A stretch of DNA of 63,956 nucleotides, the filler included, from Trypethelium eluteriae (taxonomy: Eukaryota), in NCBI GenBank assembly GCA_051942245.1. It is 3 parts of 3 records of this genome, joined end to end, with 100 filler letters (N's around TTAATTAATTAA, not from the genome) between each part and the next. Parts side by side here need not be neighbours in the genome. Positions count along the whole stretch, not along the records: positions 23,185 to 46,196 come from JAVECL010000433.1; 2 more parts are not named here. One strand, written 5' to 3'. The translations under genes were made by a program, and so were the position numbers. Position 1 is the first letter of the stretch. Each line of letters opens with the position of its first letter. The notes under the pieces were generated by a model that was given only the letters and a program-made list of their open reading frames with translations, did no database searches and was not told the origin of the DNA. This document shows positions 25,076 through 37,989 of this stretch, piece by piece.

Positions 25076-26921
25076 GCTGAAGATGATCAAGAGACGAGCG
25101 TATAGGTTGAGACAGAGAAGACTTATGAAGGGCGAGGGCAGAGCGAAGCAGGAAAGCAGTCGACCAGCAACTGTATAAAATAGAGCAGCCACTCGCAAAG
25201 CAGAGGCGATATTATTACGCAAAATGTAGTGGTGAGGTTTGGACAGTAGCAAATGACAGGGATGATCGGTATCAGAACATAACTCAGATCTAGGACTGAG
25301 AAAGAGTGGTGACCATTTCCACATGCAGTGTATGACTTCCGGGGTTCTCGTAATTGCGGTTTCGGGCAATTCACTACATACCAGGAGCAGAAGATGAATG
25401 AATGGGTAGCAAGCATCTGGAGCGACTGCCGCCCAAACACAAAGAAGTCACACATTTTGGTCTAGATACTACGAAAACAAAGCTTGGAGTTTCAAGAGAA
25501 TCGATTGACAGAAAGATGCTGCTTGCCTGTAATGTTGCTCGTCGGTAAACACATCCGCTTTGGAAACAAAAGTAGCATACCCCTAACAAATACAAACCAG
25601 AAGCCCTTCAAAGCAGAACACATATCCTTTTAAGAACATGTTGCCACCACAAGGTATTCGTTCGGGTTGACAAACTAGACTGCGCCCACGTTAATAGCTC
25701 ATTCACCTGATTGCAAATCGAGGTAGAATCTGATGTAAATTCATCGTCGCGAGCGTAGGCGTTTCGACAAGACTCAATTCCTTACCCTAGTCTCAGTAAA
25801 AGATTTACTAGACTATTTTTTCTGGTGCAGGGTTAGCGCCATGTTCATTTGAGAACAGCTGAAGTACGACAGTAGATATCAAGGCCAGCTATCGAACAGT
25901 AGGGGTTTCATGCGGTCCTAGTCACATGAATGGCGCGGTCAAGAGACGGAAGGAGAAGCGCGATGAAGTCTAGATTTGAGATTTGAGATTGAGTACGGAG
26001 TCGTATTGCATCATAGGGAGTGCAATCAACAAAGTGGGAAGACGCTAAAGTAGTTGTAATGACAGCGGAACGCCTCTGCTGGCGATGGAGCAGGCGTCTA
26101 CGTAAGCCATCGAGCCTCGGAATGTATGGGCATTTGGGAGAGGCGAACCAATTGATTGCGTCTCTGGAAAGATGGAAATCGGGCGGCATCATGAGCCAGA
26201 CACGTTCTAAAATTCTTCGGACGTCGCTTAGACCCGCTACTGATCAAGCGAAATGATGCGCTGCCGGGGAATTGCCAAGACGGTCAAGGCCATTGGCTTC
26301 CCGCTCCCTCAGAATCAAGATCTGCCGCTGGGGAACAAATCAAGCGAACGAGGTGCGCCATCAAGAAATGGATATTCGCTGCGATCGAGCAGTGAGTGCG
26401 TCATCTGTGACCATGGTGACCATTGTCTTCACCATCTTCGTGAGCGGTCAGGAAACAGCTGGTCAGGGGGTGCGCGAAGCCCAGGAGATGCGTTTCTGTT
26501 GAGACATGATGATTTCTGTTTGCGATGATTCTGGACGATGGCATTCTGTGGCAACCGGGCCTTACCGCGTTAGTCGAAGTCGTAGGTAAGGATGACGTTT
26601 TGGAAAGGCACAAAGGAGACCAACCCGGCACGGAAGCCGCACAGGCTTGGAGGGAAATTGCAAACTGCTGTGGCGTCGGCGCTTCATCCCTGTTGCAGAC
26701 AGCTCATCCTTCTGCTCATTCGCTGCTGCTGCCCCGAGCCTGCTTCATGATCCAGCTCTGACGCACATCCCTAGCCACACTTGCCCAAGTTACCCACAGC
26801 CTTCTCTTAACTACCTTAGCTCCAACTCCACCTTCTCCATTGTGAACTCCTCCACATCACCTGTCTCTCCCCTGCGATACCACTCTGCACCTCCAGAGTC
26901 CCATTTTTGCTTTGCATTTGA

Positions 26922-26961
26922 GATACCCTGATACCCTGATACCCTGATACCTTGATACCCT
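26922..26961 (+). repeat. Tandem repeat (GATACCCT)x5, one mismatch
   Basis: Read directly; lies about 110 nt upstream of the ATG at 27068. Confidence 0.9.
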
Positions 26962-27067
26962 ATTTTCCTACTTACTTACTATTAGTCGGAATATCTTTCC
27001 GACTGCTTCATCGACTCTCTCGCATACGCTTGCATCAACTCATCCCTAACACCTTCAATTCGCCATC

Positions 27068-30032
27068 ATGACCTCCAAAGCTGTCAACCGCCCGACTGAT
27101 GTCAAGCAGAAGGAGTTTGATGTGAACCAGAAGCTTCAGCTCTATGGCATCTACTCTGGTACGTTCCACCGTGTGATTCCAGCCAATCGCCACCCAGTGC
27201 CTCCATTCCAATCATGCGACAGTTCGGTACTGACATTAATTATAACGCAGCATTCGCCAGTGGCAAAGTCCCATCTGTAAGTCGCCTCACTTCGGTGCAC
27301 CTACTGAGTCGTAGCTAATTGCCCCCGGATCAGAATAAGCAAATCGATGTCGCGCTCAACAGTTTTCTTGAGTCGAAGCCTCTCGCCACCCCATCGAAGA
27401 AGCTCTCTACCGAAGGACAGCAATTGGTCGGCGATCTGCGCGATGTCATCGAGAAGGCCAAGGTTATGCTTTTGACAAAGAACGAAGGCAATTTGTTGCA
27501 AGACTTCATCTGGCAAACACAACAGATCGACCTTTCGGGCACCTCGAAGCCAGGTGTTCCTGTTGATGCGGACACAGCGAAGCAGCATGGCAATGAGGCA
27601 CTTGAGGGTCTTCGAACCCTCGGAACCCTCATGATCTCAAACGGGCAATTTAGGAAGCTCTGTAAGTCTTCTGTTCCCTCCCCTGCTCTATCGAGGCCCG
27701 CCCTAACGTTACGCCAGTAAACGACGCCACTATCCTCTTACGCGACATTGCTGGCGATGCTGCTCAGAACGCTGCCACCCGTGTCAATCCGTCGGAAGAC
27801 CAGCTCAGCCAAATTGACCATGCTGCTGAAGATAACACTTGGCATGATGTGCCGGACTTTTCCAGAGATAACTTGAGACAGCAGTGGAACGACAGAAAGC
27901 CTTTTGGGAAGAAAGACGCTAAAGAAGCTGCTGGTGATGCTGCCGCAGCGTCGCACCCTGACGGCTCTCGTGATCCTGCTGATGCCGCAGCTATTGCTGC
28001 CGCGGACCAACAACAGGGCACCTCCTCTGGCGTTGATCCTCAAGCTGGCGCCCAAGTGGGCACTCAGAATTTGAAGGATAGGGTCGATCCTGAGACTCAA
28101 AGTAAGACGCGTGAGCTTAGAGAGCGTACACAAAATTACATGAAGACCAAGATGCCTAGGGAGCGTCGTGATCAGACCATTTGGCGTCTAAAGAAGATGA
28201 TCATTGAGATTCAGGGTCACCAAGACTGTACGTCGGATCTTGAGAGTCCCCACCAGTCTTGAATTTGTGCTAATAGGATGACAGATCAGCGCGCTGTTGA
28301 GACATTGTTGCGTCTGGCCGAAGAGTATACTGGGCATTCTAGGACTATTGCTCAGTCATCCGGAGGGACTGTCAAAGGTGCACGCACTGACGATGTACAG
28401 AAAGCTGAAGCTGACTTAAAGGTGCGAGCTATCTAGATCTGATAAACAAAAGTCAGCCTATGCTGACAGATATGAAGACACTCCTCGAACGATTCGCCAA
28501 CTCGACATCGATGGATGACCTCTTTGACTCGATCAACACGATTTATCGTGATGCCGATGCCGATCCGGAGCTTCGTGGATGGTTCAAGAATGTGGACCAA
28601 TACGTCCGCAAGTGCCTTAGAGAGCAGGGCTATATCATGCAGGACGCGGCGAATGATGAATGGAACGAGCTCTATGACAGGGGAAACTATCTCCTCCGTC
28701 AGAAGTATAGGAACCACACTGATCGCATTGTCGATGAGTTCAAATTCTTTGGTCAGCAGTTCGATGAAGACGCTCAAAACAAAGCCTTCGGCTTGTCCCT
28801 GCAAAAGCTTTTCACAGACCTTGGCAACGACGAGAATGGCAAGTCAACCTTTAAGCCTCACCTGGTAAAGGATCTCACAGACGTTATTCTACCGGAACTC
28901 TTTGAGAATATCCGTTATGTGCCAATTCCCAGAATTGAGGCTTCTGACCCAACAATCGACGCTGTCGTTGAGAACTTAGTAATCGAGAGTGATAACTTGG
29001 CTCCGAACGTCTTTGAATTTGGTAGTGATAACTACTTCCGTTGGGGCCGCAAGGGCATTCAGAACAAGAACAAAAATAAGATAATGGTTTCCGTATCTGG
29101 TGTCCAGATGGACCTTAAAGGTAGGATGCTCCCTGGCTATCATTAGACATGACTAACACAAAATAGATGTCAGTTACTACGTCAAGAAGAAGCAAGGATT
29201 CCCATCGATCACCGATAAGGGTGTGATGGACGTCTTCATGGGCGGTCAGGGCTTCAGCTTCAAGATCGAGATGGAGACCGCCGACTCGAAAGATCAGCAC
29301 CACTTCTTCAAAGTCAACAAGGTTACTGTTGACATTAAGAACCTCGATATCAAACTCAAACAATCATCCAGGAGATTCCTCTTCGCCATCGCCAAGCCAC
29401 TGCTCCTCAGAGTCATGCGACCTGCCCTTCAAAAGGTCATCGAAGCACAGATCAAGGAACAGGTCCACCGCCTTGACTCCCTCACCTATGACATCCGACA
29501 GGAAGCGAACCGCGCTGCTGAGGAGGCTCGTCGCAACCCAGATCCAGAAAATGTCCAGAATGTGTATCAGCGGTACGTGACTGCGGCGCAGAAACAGTTC
29601 CTCGAGGGTCGCGATCAGGCTGCCGCCAAGACGGAGGATAAGAAGGTCAACGTCGCCATGACACAACAGGACAGCATCTTCAAGGACGTCAAGCTTCCCG
29701 GTGGCATCAGCACCAAGGCAACCGAGTATAAGGACCTCGCGGCCAAGGGTGACAAGTGGGAGAGCCCTGTCTTCAGCATTGGCAGTGCGAAGGAGACGAC
29801 AAATCTACCCAAGGTCAGCGCTGTGCAGCGCAAGAGGCACGCTGCTGCCGGTGGCGTTAGCAGTGCTACTGCTCCGGGTGCGACGAGTACTGGAAAAAGT
29901 GTGACTACCGATGGTGGTGCTGGCTTCTCCAATCAAGTCGATCAGGCATTCGATACTGCGAATGGGACAACCAAGGATGGGCAGCACACCACCCTCGGCA
30001 GTGGCAACCCAGTCCTGACTGGCAATGCTTAG
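27068..30032 (+). CDS. Conserved fungal protein with BPI/TULIP-like C-terminal region (S. pombe C32A11.02c-like), multi-exon including a 26-nt exon at 27251-27276
   Basis: VNQKLQLYGIYS/AFASGKVPS/NKQIDVALNS, KNEGNLLQDFIW, YVPIPRIE, VVENLVIESDNLAPN, GFPSITDKG, WESPVFSIG; strong codon bias; canonical introns. Confidence 0.85.
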
Positions 30033-32845
30033 AGGTGACGGCCTCGCTAAGCTTTGACGACTCGAATTCACGAGAAACGGGCTCTATGCGATCCTATCCT
30101 TTCTCATCATTCCCAGAAAAATACTTCTTTACTTTCCCAACTCTTTAATCGCACCTTTCAATTACTTGCTTTGTTCTCTTCCGCGTTCTGCATGTTGCTG
30201 TTGAAGTAGTAGTCGATTTATAGTTTTTGCACAACTTGATGATACCACTCTTGCGCGTACGCAACTGGGGCGGAGAGAAGAAAGGGTCAGGATAGCATCC
30301 TGTGTAATGGGCGGTGGAGGCATCTGGATACCCAAAGGAAAAATCAACGGATAATGTGGGGTTTCGGCAGGCGAGTCAGACATGGAAAATGGCAACATCA
30401 TGGGAGGACAGCAAGGATCGATGTACTACTAGGTTGTTTTACGCTCGCTCGCAATGACATCTGATGTTTTCGAACCTTATAGACTGACTTAACGATTGAG
30501 TTCCTAAGGTAAGGTATGATTCTGAGGACTTTCACCTGGAGTAGGTTTGCGAAGTCACTGCTCAAAAGTTCAAGCTGTGCACGTGTAGCAAAGGCCCCGG
30601 TTCCTGATCAGGTAAATAACGCTGCTTATGCGTACGCGGCACGATACGCGGTCTTACGGCATGCATCGCGTCCCTCAATGATCTCGATTTTTTAACGCAT
30701 GTTAGTCTTACGTGCAGACCGCTAGATAGTAGAGATTGAGTAAGTACAAGTAGTCAGGCGGCCTGTCTCACAGCCTCACAGGTAGGTATACATATGTCAT
30801 TCACGTGCACTCCGAGCAGGAAGGCCAAGGTTAGAAAATTTCTTCATCTAGGAGATTCATTCTGGTAAGGTACTTCGAATCAGGCACTTGATATGCCACA
30901 CGCCGTCATCGTTCTTGATTGATTCCTGGCTATCAGAGTCGGTCACCACTGCAGCTACAGTATGTCGATGCGGCGGTGCAGAGAATGCCACTTTATGCGC
31001 CCTTTCGATGGTGTCGGGAAGAGCCGCTGACTACGGAGCTTGTCGTAGCCGTAATACGGATGATGCGGCTCTAGTCTTGCCTTTGTGGATGTAAAGCTTC
31101 TTACCGGGCTGAGTGGATTCTGTTCTGAGCGAGGAATAGATCGTGAACATCTGGGAAGGGAACTTGTTAGAACATCAACCGGAATCCATATCTGGATGTA
31201 TAGACACAGGGAAAATATACGTACAATAGATTTGTGTGCGAAATGAGAGAACAGTATTCTATCACACGGGAGTGTAGCCACCATGGCTCGTAGACGACGG
31301 TCTTCTTGGCAGAGGATGAGGTCCAAGTGGCAAGGTAAGCATAAGGGCCGAAGCTAGCAGTGCGCTCCCGTGCCAATAGCAAGCCACTCGCTACAGTCAT
31401 AGCGAACTACGCACGAGATAATTCTTTAAGTCCTGAAAGAGCTGCGAACGTGGTGATGATGTTACCCGGGGCGGGCTGCTTACGTGCTTCACATATTGTG
31501 TCTATCTACGGTTTGCGGACTTCTAGATAAGAGACAAAGACTGAACGCGGTCGACTGAGATGCTTCAGAGACTGAGTGTATCATTTCAAGCAATATGGAG
31601 TAAACGGAAGAAGGAAGGGACGCCAAGATCCTTTTTACAAGGAAAGACACGGGTAACTCTTAAGATCGAGATTATCCGAGCCTTGGTGCTCACTCCGGGG
31701 GGATCCGGCGACAATATTCCGAGACCTTTTAGGCGACCGTTGACGTGCGCGTCAAAGGGCCTGGGGTATGAAGCCGAAGGGAATTGCCCCCACGTTGTAG
31801 CCCAAATGGTGGCCGATGAGACAGGCGTCATAACGGAGCCTCGTCAGATTTTTCAGCGGTGGTGGAGGCTCTTCCAAATGGAGTGCATATACTACACATT
31901 AGTCTTTCACGCTCTACAGACAATGACACGGACAGATAAGGTACTTTGATATCTCGGTTATTGGAAGAATTGTACAAAGGCTTCGTGGGAACAGAGAACT
32001 GTGGCATTGGCTCCAATGAGGTCGGGTGGAATTGTGATGGCCGATTAAAATAAGGACAGTTCTCTGGTAAGTTAAGTGGATGCCAGTGGAGAAAATGGCC
32101 GAGATTTTGGCAGATTCCATGGATCGACAGGGGGAGTTGGCTCTTTCCGAGAGAAACCACCAACCCATGGTGATTTGATTTAGAAGCGTACAACCATGGC
32201 AAAAGCTGTCATCTTTCCGCCCTTTCTCCAACATACAAGCTTCGAGTTGGCCGTCCGCAGTGCGCCTGGAGAAAGTCAAGAGACCAAACATCTATCTTGG
32301 AAAGTGCCGATTGTGACGTGTAAGTCAAACAGTGGGATTTCAGTACTAGCGAAGGGTGGAAACTTAGGGTTACGACTGCTTGTTCGGTAGCATTGCAGCG
32401 GACTTCGTCGGGATGCATACAGTAAGACCGGCTTAGTTAGGTACAGTATGCGAGACCTCACTAGCCAGAACAGGGGACAATTTGAGAACTCATAAAATTA
32501 CGCCTGCAGTAAAGACTCAATGTTTATTGTGCTGTCTCCCCCTTGATTCTTGGAAACCGGATACCCGACAGCAACCTCGCACAAGATACGTTAGACATAC
32601 TTTCGAAAGAAGCCCTTGAAAGAATCTATGTCGCAACATCGCATGCCAGTTACAGCCAGGGCCCTCAAAGGAGATACGAATCAAAGAGTGGGAGGGTTGT
32701 GGATTTCCAATCTAGGGAAGGAGCTCAACGGCCACCCTGTCATCCCGAGCCACTCTAGCCGGATTCAGCGCTGCTTAGAAGCCTTCACCCACGCAATTGG
32801 TCGACTCTGATCCTGCGGCTCCCCTAGCTTCACCGATGACGGGTG

Positions 32846-32874
32846 ACCCATGCTAACCCATGCTAACCCATGCT
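32846..32874 (+). repeat. Tandem repeat (ACCCATGCTA)x~3
   Basis: Read directly, upstream of the MFS gene. Confidence 0.8.
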
Positions 32875-33430
32875 CGCTTGCGCTTGAGGTCCGCTCCGGC
32901 GTGCAACTCTAGGCTTGGGCGTGCCATGTTTAGAACCTCAACTCTGTCGGCTCCCCTCTACCACTCCGCAAAGCCAAAAAACCACCCGGGTCGGCGCTGA
33001 ACCGGCTACCGTAAACTTCACACCTGTAGCAACCTTCAAACAGTCAGGACCATCCCAATTCAGGTCCAGCATGGGTCTGCCAGTTGCCTTTGCGCTGGGC
33101 CGGCGACGCCCGCGCTGCTCCATTCTCGATTTGAATACCGGTAGCCAGAGCTCCAGACTGTCCATACGAAGCAATGGCTGTCCGAACAAAACAAGGCTAC
33201 ATCTGCCTCATCCTCACTTCTTGTTACACCTGCCTGCTCCTTACCCCTACGACCTGTAGCACAGAGATCCAGGTGCTCTCCATGGGATTTTCCTGACGTT
33301 GAAGCTTCAGCACTTGAGGCAGCTGCTGTCTTGTGAATTCTAACATTATACAGCAAAGTCAGTCTTCCTTTTGGTTTTAACCCTCGCTTCCACCCTTGTC
33401 TTCTCCTTATTGCATCCCTAGAACCCAGAT

Positions 33431-35257
33431 ATGTCCACCAAAAGCGATGACAGCAAAGATGTTAGTAGAAGCAGCAGTCGAGTAACAAATTTCAGCAGAA
33501 CCACTCCTCGACATAGCATTTCTTACGCAAACATGGCCGACTTGTCGCGTCCGGGGTCCAGCGATGGCAAGAACCCCTCGCGGTCGTCTATGTACAAGTC
33601 TCGGCATATTTCGCTTCAGTCTCGAGTCGATTCACTGGCCAGCATGGATTATTCGGGGAGAGACTCTATCGTGCCAGAGCTACCAGCAGTCTATGGAGGT
33701 CGGGGCCGTTCGACGAGTTATCTCATAGATGGAACGCTGGATGCTGGTTTCCTCAAGGAGCAAGAGCACATCCAGATACAGACGCCCACATCATCGGAGG
33801 ACGAAGCCCCTCAACATCCTCCACTAAATATCAATGCTTTCCACGAAACTCTTTTCATCGGCGTCTGTGCAGTTTCCCACCTGATGACTCAGGCAGCACT
33901 GGGCCAAGCACTGGCACCCATCAACTTGATTGCAGACAGCTTCAATACCAGGAATCCCGGCGAGATGGCCTGGTTCATTGCTGGCTACAGCTTGACAGTC
34001 GGTACCTTCATTCTGATCTCCGGTCGACTAGGCGACATAATGGGCCACAAACGCATCTTCGCGTTCGGCTACCTCTGGCTCGGCATGTGGTCCTGTTTCG
34101 CCGGCTTCACTCCCTACACTAAACATCAAATCTTCTTCGACTTCTGCCGCGCCATGCAAGGAATTGGTCCGGCCCTCCTGATGCCCAACGCTTTGGCTCT
34201 CTTCGGTCGTGCCTATCCGCCAAGTATCAAGAAGAATCTTGTCTTCGCCCTGTTTGGTTCTATGGGACCCGTGGGTTTCGTCATTGGTGCTAGCTGTAGT
34301 AGTCTCTTTGCTCAGCTCACCTGGTGGCCATGGGCTTTCTGGTCTTATGGTATCACTGCTTTCGTCCTTTCGGCTGCAGCACTTCTCGTTATCCCTAAGG
34401 CGGTTGGAACCAAGCCACCCAAGGAGTCGCGTCCTGGCTTCGACTGGACCGGATCTCTACTCAGCGTTGCCGGTTTGGTTCTTGTGAATGTTGCTTGGAA
34501 CAATGGTCCTCTATATGGATGGGGTACACCTGATGTCTACTTCGTTCTTATCATCGGACTCCTATGCCTTGTTGGGTTTGTGTGGGTCGAGCTCCGCGCT
34601 GACTCGCCTCTCCTTCCAGTTCACGCCCTCAACGGCACTGCTACTTTTGTTCTTGCCCTCATTGGCGTAGGCTGGGGCGCGTTTGGTGTCTGGATTTTCT
34701 ACTCGTGGAATTTCCTGGAGAATGTCCGCCACCTTACTCCACTCAAGGTCTCTGCCGAATTTACCCCTGTCGTTATCTGTGGCCTGGTCGCAGCTGGATT
34801 GACTGGATTTATGCTCACGCACACACCTATCTCCTTCGTCATGATGATGAGCATGATCGCCTTCTTTGTGGGCATCACCGTCGCCGGAACTCAACCCGTC
34901 AACCAAAGCTACTGGGCGCAGATGTTCGTTTCCATCGTCATCATGCCCTTCGGTATGGATATGAGTTTCCCAGCCTCTACCGTTCTCTTATCAAATAACA
35001 TGCCCCGGGAACATCAAGGTCTTGCCGCGTCGCTAGTCAACACTGTCCTCAACTATTCTATCTCCATCTCCCTCGGAATTGCGGGGACAGTCGAAACCTC
35101 TGTCAACCACCGCAAGACTGATCCGGCAAGCTTGCTATGGGGTATCAGATGTGCGTACTACACTGGTATCGCGCTTTCGGTTGTGGGCGTCGTACTGGGT
35201 GCAATATTTTTTATCAGGAGTATGATCAAAGAAGGGTGGAAGGTAATGGATCATTGA
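33431..35257 (+). CDS. MFS drug:H+ antiporter, DHA2/Atr1-like (about 14 TM), intronless
   Basis: MFS motif A SGRLGDIMGHKR, WFIAGYSLTVGTFIL, RAMQGIGPALLMPNA, GMDMSFPAS, QGLAASLVNT. Confidence 0.93.
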   Translation: MSTKSDDSKDVSRSSSRVTNFSRTTPRHSISYANMADLSRPGSSDGKNPSRSSMYKSRHISLQSRVDSLASMDYSGRDSIVPELPAVYGGRGRSTSYLIDGTLDAGFLKEQEHIQIQTPTSSEDEAPQHPPLNINAFHETLFIGVCAVSHLMTQAALGQALAPINLIADSFNTRNPGEMAWFIAGYSLTVGTFILISGRLGDIMGHKRIFAFGYLWLGMWSCFAGFTPYTKHQIFFDFCRAMQGIGPALLMPNALALFGRAYPPSIKKNLVFALFGSMGPVGFVIGASCSSLFAQLTWWPWAFWSYGITAFVLSAAALLVIPKAVGTKPPKESRPGFDWTGSLLSVAGLVLVNVAWNNGPLYGWGTPDVYFVLIIGLLCLVGFVWVELRADSPLLPVHALNGTATFVLALIGVGWGAFGVWIFYSWNFLENVRHLTPLKVSAEFTPVVICGLVAAGLTGFMLTHTPISFVMMMSMIAFFVGITVAGTQPVNQSYWAQMFVSIVIMPFGMDMSFPASTVLLSNNMPREHQGLAASLVNTVLNYSISISLGIAGTVETSVNHRKTDPASLLWGIRCAYYTGIALSVVGVVLGAIFFIRSMIKEGWKVMDH

Positions 35258-36248
35258 GTTAATTGCAACCTATCGCAAGCCGGATTTCCTTTTTGTTAAT
35301 TGCGAATATCCCATCTGGCGTCAATATTTCCTATTCTCACCATGTTTTCGTATCTGTCTGAGTCACGACCAAGAGGCTTTCCTATCTATTGTGTTCGGCG
35401 TCGAAATTACTACCTCGGTTGGCGTAGTTTGGATGGATCCGTCGGGGATTTAGAGTTCTTTGTATTTGTCACTTGTCTGTTATGACCAACTCGCGCTCCT
35501 TAATGCAGCAGAGCCTAGAAGCACTGTTCATAATGCGTATTGTCTAGTCACTCCTTTTTGATTTTTTATATACTCATGTGTCGGGCCTACGAGGTAGTCA
35601 GGATCGGCCTGTTGACCGAGCTTTCCTCGGATGGGGAGGGAGTCACATGTACTCGATGGAAGAACCGACCGCTCCGGACGGATATCTCAGCGTACGCTCG
35701 CGTGTAGCTCTCGGTGAAGATCGCTCGCTTGGCGAATGCGCTCCTGTACTTAAAACTTAGAGAGAATGGCAAGAGAAAAAGTTGCAACTTACAACAATAT
35801 CCTCAACCAAGACGAAATGAGTAAACCAAGGTTCATAAAGCATCTCCGACAAATCTATCATCCACTCTCAGATTATCGTAAGCTAGCTTTACCGGCCAAA
35901 ATATTCAGCGATGAGCCTCCAATGTCGGCGAGTCTCAAGACCATACGGTACAAATCCGTACTCCGACGCTTATACATTGAATCTGTGGCATACTCAAGAA
36001 CTAAAATCGATAACATCGGTTCTTCTGCAGCAAGCACCGTCATGGGGACTGCTTCGTCAATTGCTAAGCATGATTAAGCGATACACCTTGCTTTACCTAC
36101 CAGACCATGGCTTTCCGCATCTTGGTTGCAGACGGTTCTGCAAACAATTACGCCAAGAACGCACAAGGGCTTCACTATCCAAGCAAAGCGACATGAGCGA
36201 CGCGTCCTCACCGCAGATACAAGTCACAGGATCTATCGCTCCTAGAAA

Positions 36249-36429
36249 CCTTACGGCGGCTGGGGGTTTCCTCAACTGGTAATTAATACAATGTTACCTC
36301 AGTTTAATTGTTATGACCATGTTAGTCCATGTTAAGGCGGTATTAACATGGACCAACAAGGTCATAACAGTAAAGTCAAAATGACATTGTATTAATAACC
36401 GGTTGAGGAACCCCCCAGCCGCCGTAAGG
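36249..36429. mobile_element. 181-bp foldback/MITE-like inverted-repeat element
   Basis: 87-nt arms (36249-36335 and 36343-36429) around a 7-nt loop GGCGGTA; 73/87 identical by hand alignment; the outer 18 nt CCTTACGGCGGCTGGGGG match perfectly. Confidence 0.75.
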
Positions 36430-36759
36430 AAGGAATTCTTTCCCACCACGAGGGCGGAACGAACTTGAGGATGCTCCATGATGAGTCTTATGTTTCGTGT
36501 GTTCATAATCTACGTCCTATGGATGCTAGCAATGTTGAAAGGTTGTTGAAACCGATTTTTTCTGTGGTGAACTATTTCGAAGTAAGTCAAAAAGACAGAA
36601 TCAAAAGCTGAGAGGCTTGCCCCAACTCCTCGGTCCCGGGTATGAAGCCGACATCCCAGGCTTATAAGGCCTGCATCTTCTGTGCACGCCAATCAGGGGA
36701 TAGCGAAGGTTGGAGGCATCTAGTTGCTTCGAACAGGAATAATTTATGCTTCAAGAGCA

Positions 36760-37989
36760 TTACACATCATAAGGGGCAGGATCCTCTGGAAACTCCCCTT
36801 TTTCATGCTTCTCGTCCAGCAATTTATACCATTTGATGATGAAAGTAGGTCGGCATATCATAGCCAGAACAACATCCTTGCTCATTGGCTCTTCTGGAGC
36901 GTACTCTCCTATGGAATGAGCGAGAAGCGGACGTATTTCCTCGTAACAATACTTGCACAGCGCTTCTACGTGCAATGGTGACAGTGGCTTTTTATCCTGA
37001 CGCACGACGATGGCACTTCCCACATTATTCTGCCACTTCTGAGAAGCCCAACCCCAACCCAATATTCCAGAGCGAGGATCGTATATAGCTTTCGGATCAC
37101 AACAAAGATGTAGGAACCCAGCGTCCTGATTGTTGAAAGGGCTTTGGCGTTCAAAGACTTTGTCGTCCTGGTCTTTCGCCCATATTGGATTCGGAGGGCA
37201 GCGGCGTGTGAAGATAGGAAGACCAATGCGTTCCGCAATGTCAGAGCTGTCTTGCTCAGAGAAGATGGGATCTACGGAGGATACTTCAATCGGCTCGAAA
37301 TACGGCTTGTTAAATATTTTCTGGTCACCAACACAATTGATCTTAACACCCTCCATCTTTATCCCGATCGACTGTTGAATAGCTGGAGTATGGTTGGTAT
37401 TGTACGATAGAAAATAGTCGGTGATGTGTCGGAAGTCGTTCATGTTAAGGTCTTTGCAATTGGTTTGATCGATACCTAATCCCACCTTCCCATAGGCAAT
37501 GATCGGACCTCGCCAGTCATGATACTGTCCGGGCTTAGTAGCGGTGATGCCTGCAATGCTCTTGTTTAGTTTTGATCCATCGATGAGGAAGGTGTCGCGA
37601 TAACAGACGCAGATTGTATCTGATAGGCCTCTTTTCAATACCGGATTGTACTGTATGTATGGGTAGCCCACAGGAGCATCAGATCCAAGGATTGAATCGA
37701 CTTGAGCAAGCTGATACCTGCCATAGTCGTCGTCGTCTTGCCACTTGCAGTGAAGCCAGATGACTTTGGGCTTTTTATCATCGACCGGAAAGAAGATTGC
37801 TCGGACGTGTTCATTGGTGGGACGGCTCGAAGTACCGAAGGTAGAGAAAGTTGAACAGAGGAGCTTATGTGTGGGCCAATCGGCATGTTGGCATGTTGTC
37901 GAGCAGTAGCGGGCGCTTTTGCATCGGTTGCAAAGACGGGTAGTAGATTTGTTGCAAATGATGCATGATTCTGATGCATCAGCACTCAT
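36760..37989 (-). CDS. MYND-type zinc-finger protein, intronless (409 aa from MSADASES)
   Basis: CIICNKSTTRLCNRCKSARYCSTTCQHADWPTHKLLC is a zf-MYND; followed by RDTFLIDGS, WRGPII and GSAIVVRQDKKPL seen in fungal MYND proteins. Confidence 0.9.
   Translation of the reverse strand: MSADASESCIICNKSTTRLCNRCKSARYCSTTCQHADWPTHKLLCSTFSTFGTSSRPTNEHVRAIFFPVDDKKPKVIWLHCKWQDDDDYGRYQLAQVDSILGSDAPVGYPYIQYNPVLKRGLSDTICVCYRDTFLIDGSKLNKSIAGITATKPGQYHDWRGPIIAYGKVGLGIDQTNCKDLNMNDFRHITDYFLSYNTNHTPAIQQSIGIKMEGVKINCVGDQKIFNKPYFEPIEVSSVDPIFSEQDSSDIAERIGLPIFTRRCPPNPIWAKDQDDKVFERQSPFNNQDAGFLHLCCDPKAIYDPRSGILGWGWASQKWQNNVGSAIVVRQDKKPLSPLHVEALCKYCYEEIRPLLAHSIGEYAPEEPMSKDVVLAMICRPTFIIKWYKLLDEKHEKGEFPEDPAPYDV

Noticed and set aside
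25123..25455. Another ORF starting Met-Cys (MCDFFV...) upstream of microprotein A
   Set aside because: Cys spacing does not match the A/B scaffold; it overlaps the likely promoter and leader of A.
26922..26961. Short tandem repeats considered as a CRISPR-like or telomeric array
   Set aside because: 8-nt units without spacers, not TTAGGG; an ordinary minisatellite in a eukaryotic leader region.
30100..33400. Several 60-130 aa ORFs in the long region upstream of the MFS gene
   Set aside because: No codon bias, motifs or consistent splice structure seen.
35766..36282. ORFs left of the foldback element as a possible transposase or recombinase relic
   Set aside because: No DDE or tyrosine-recombinase motifs recognisable.
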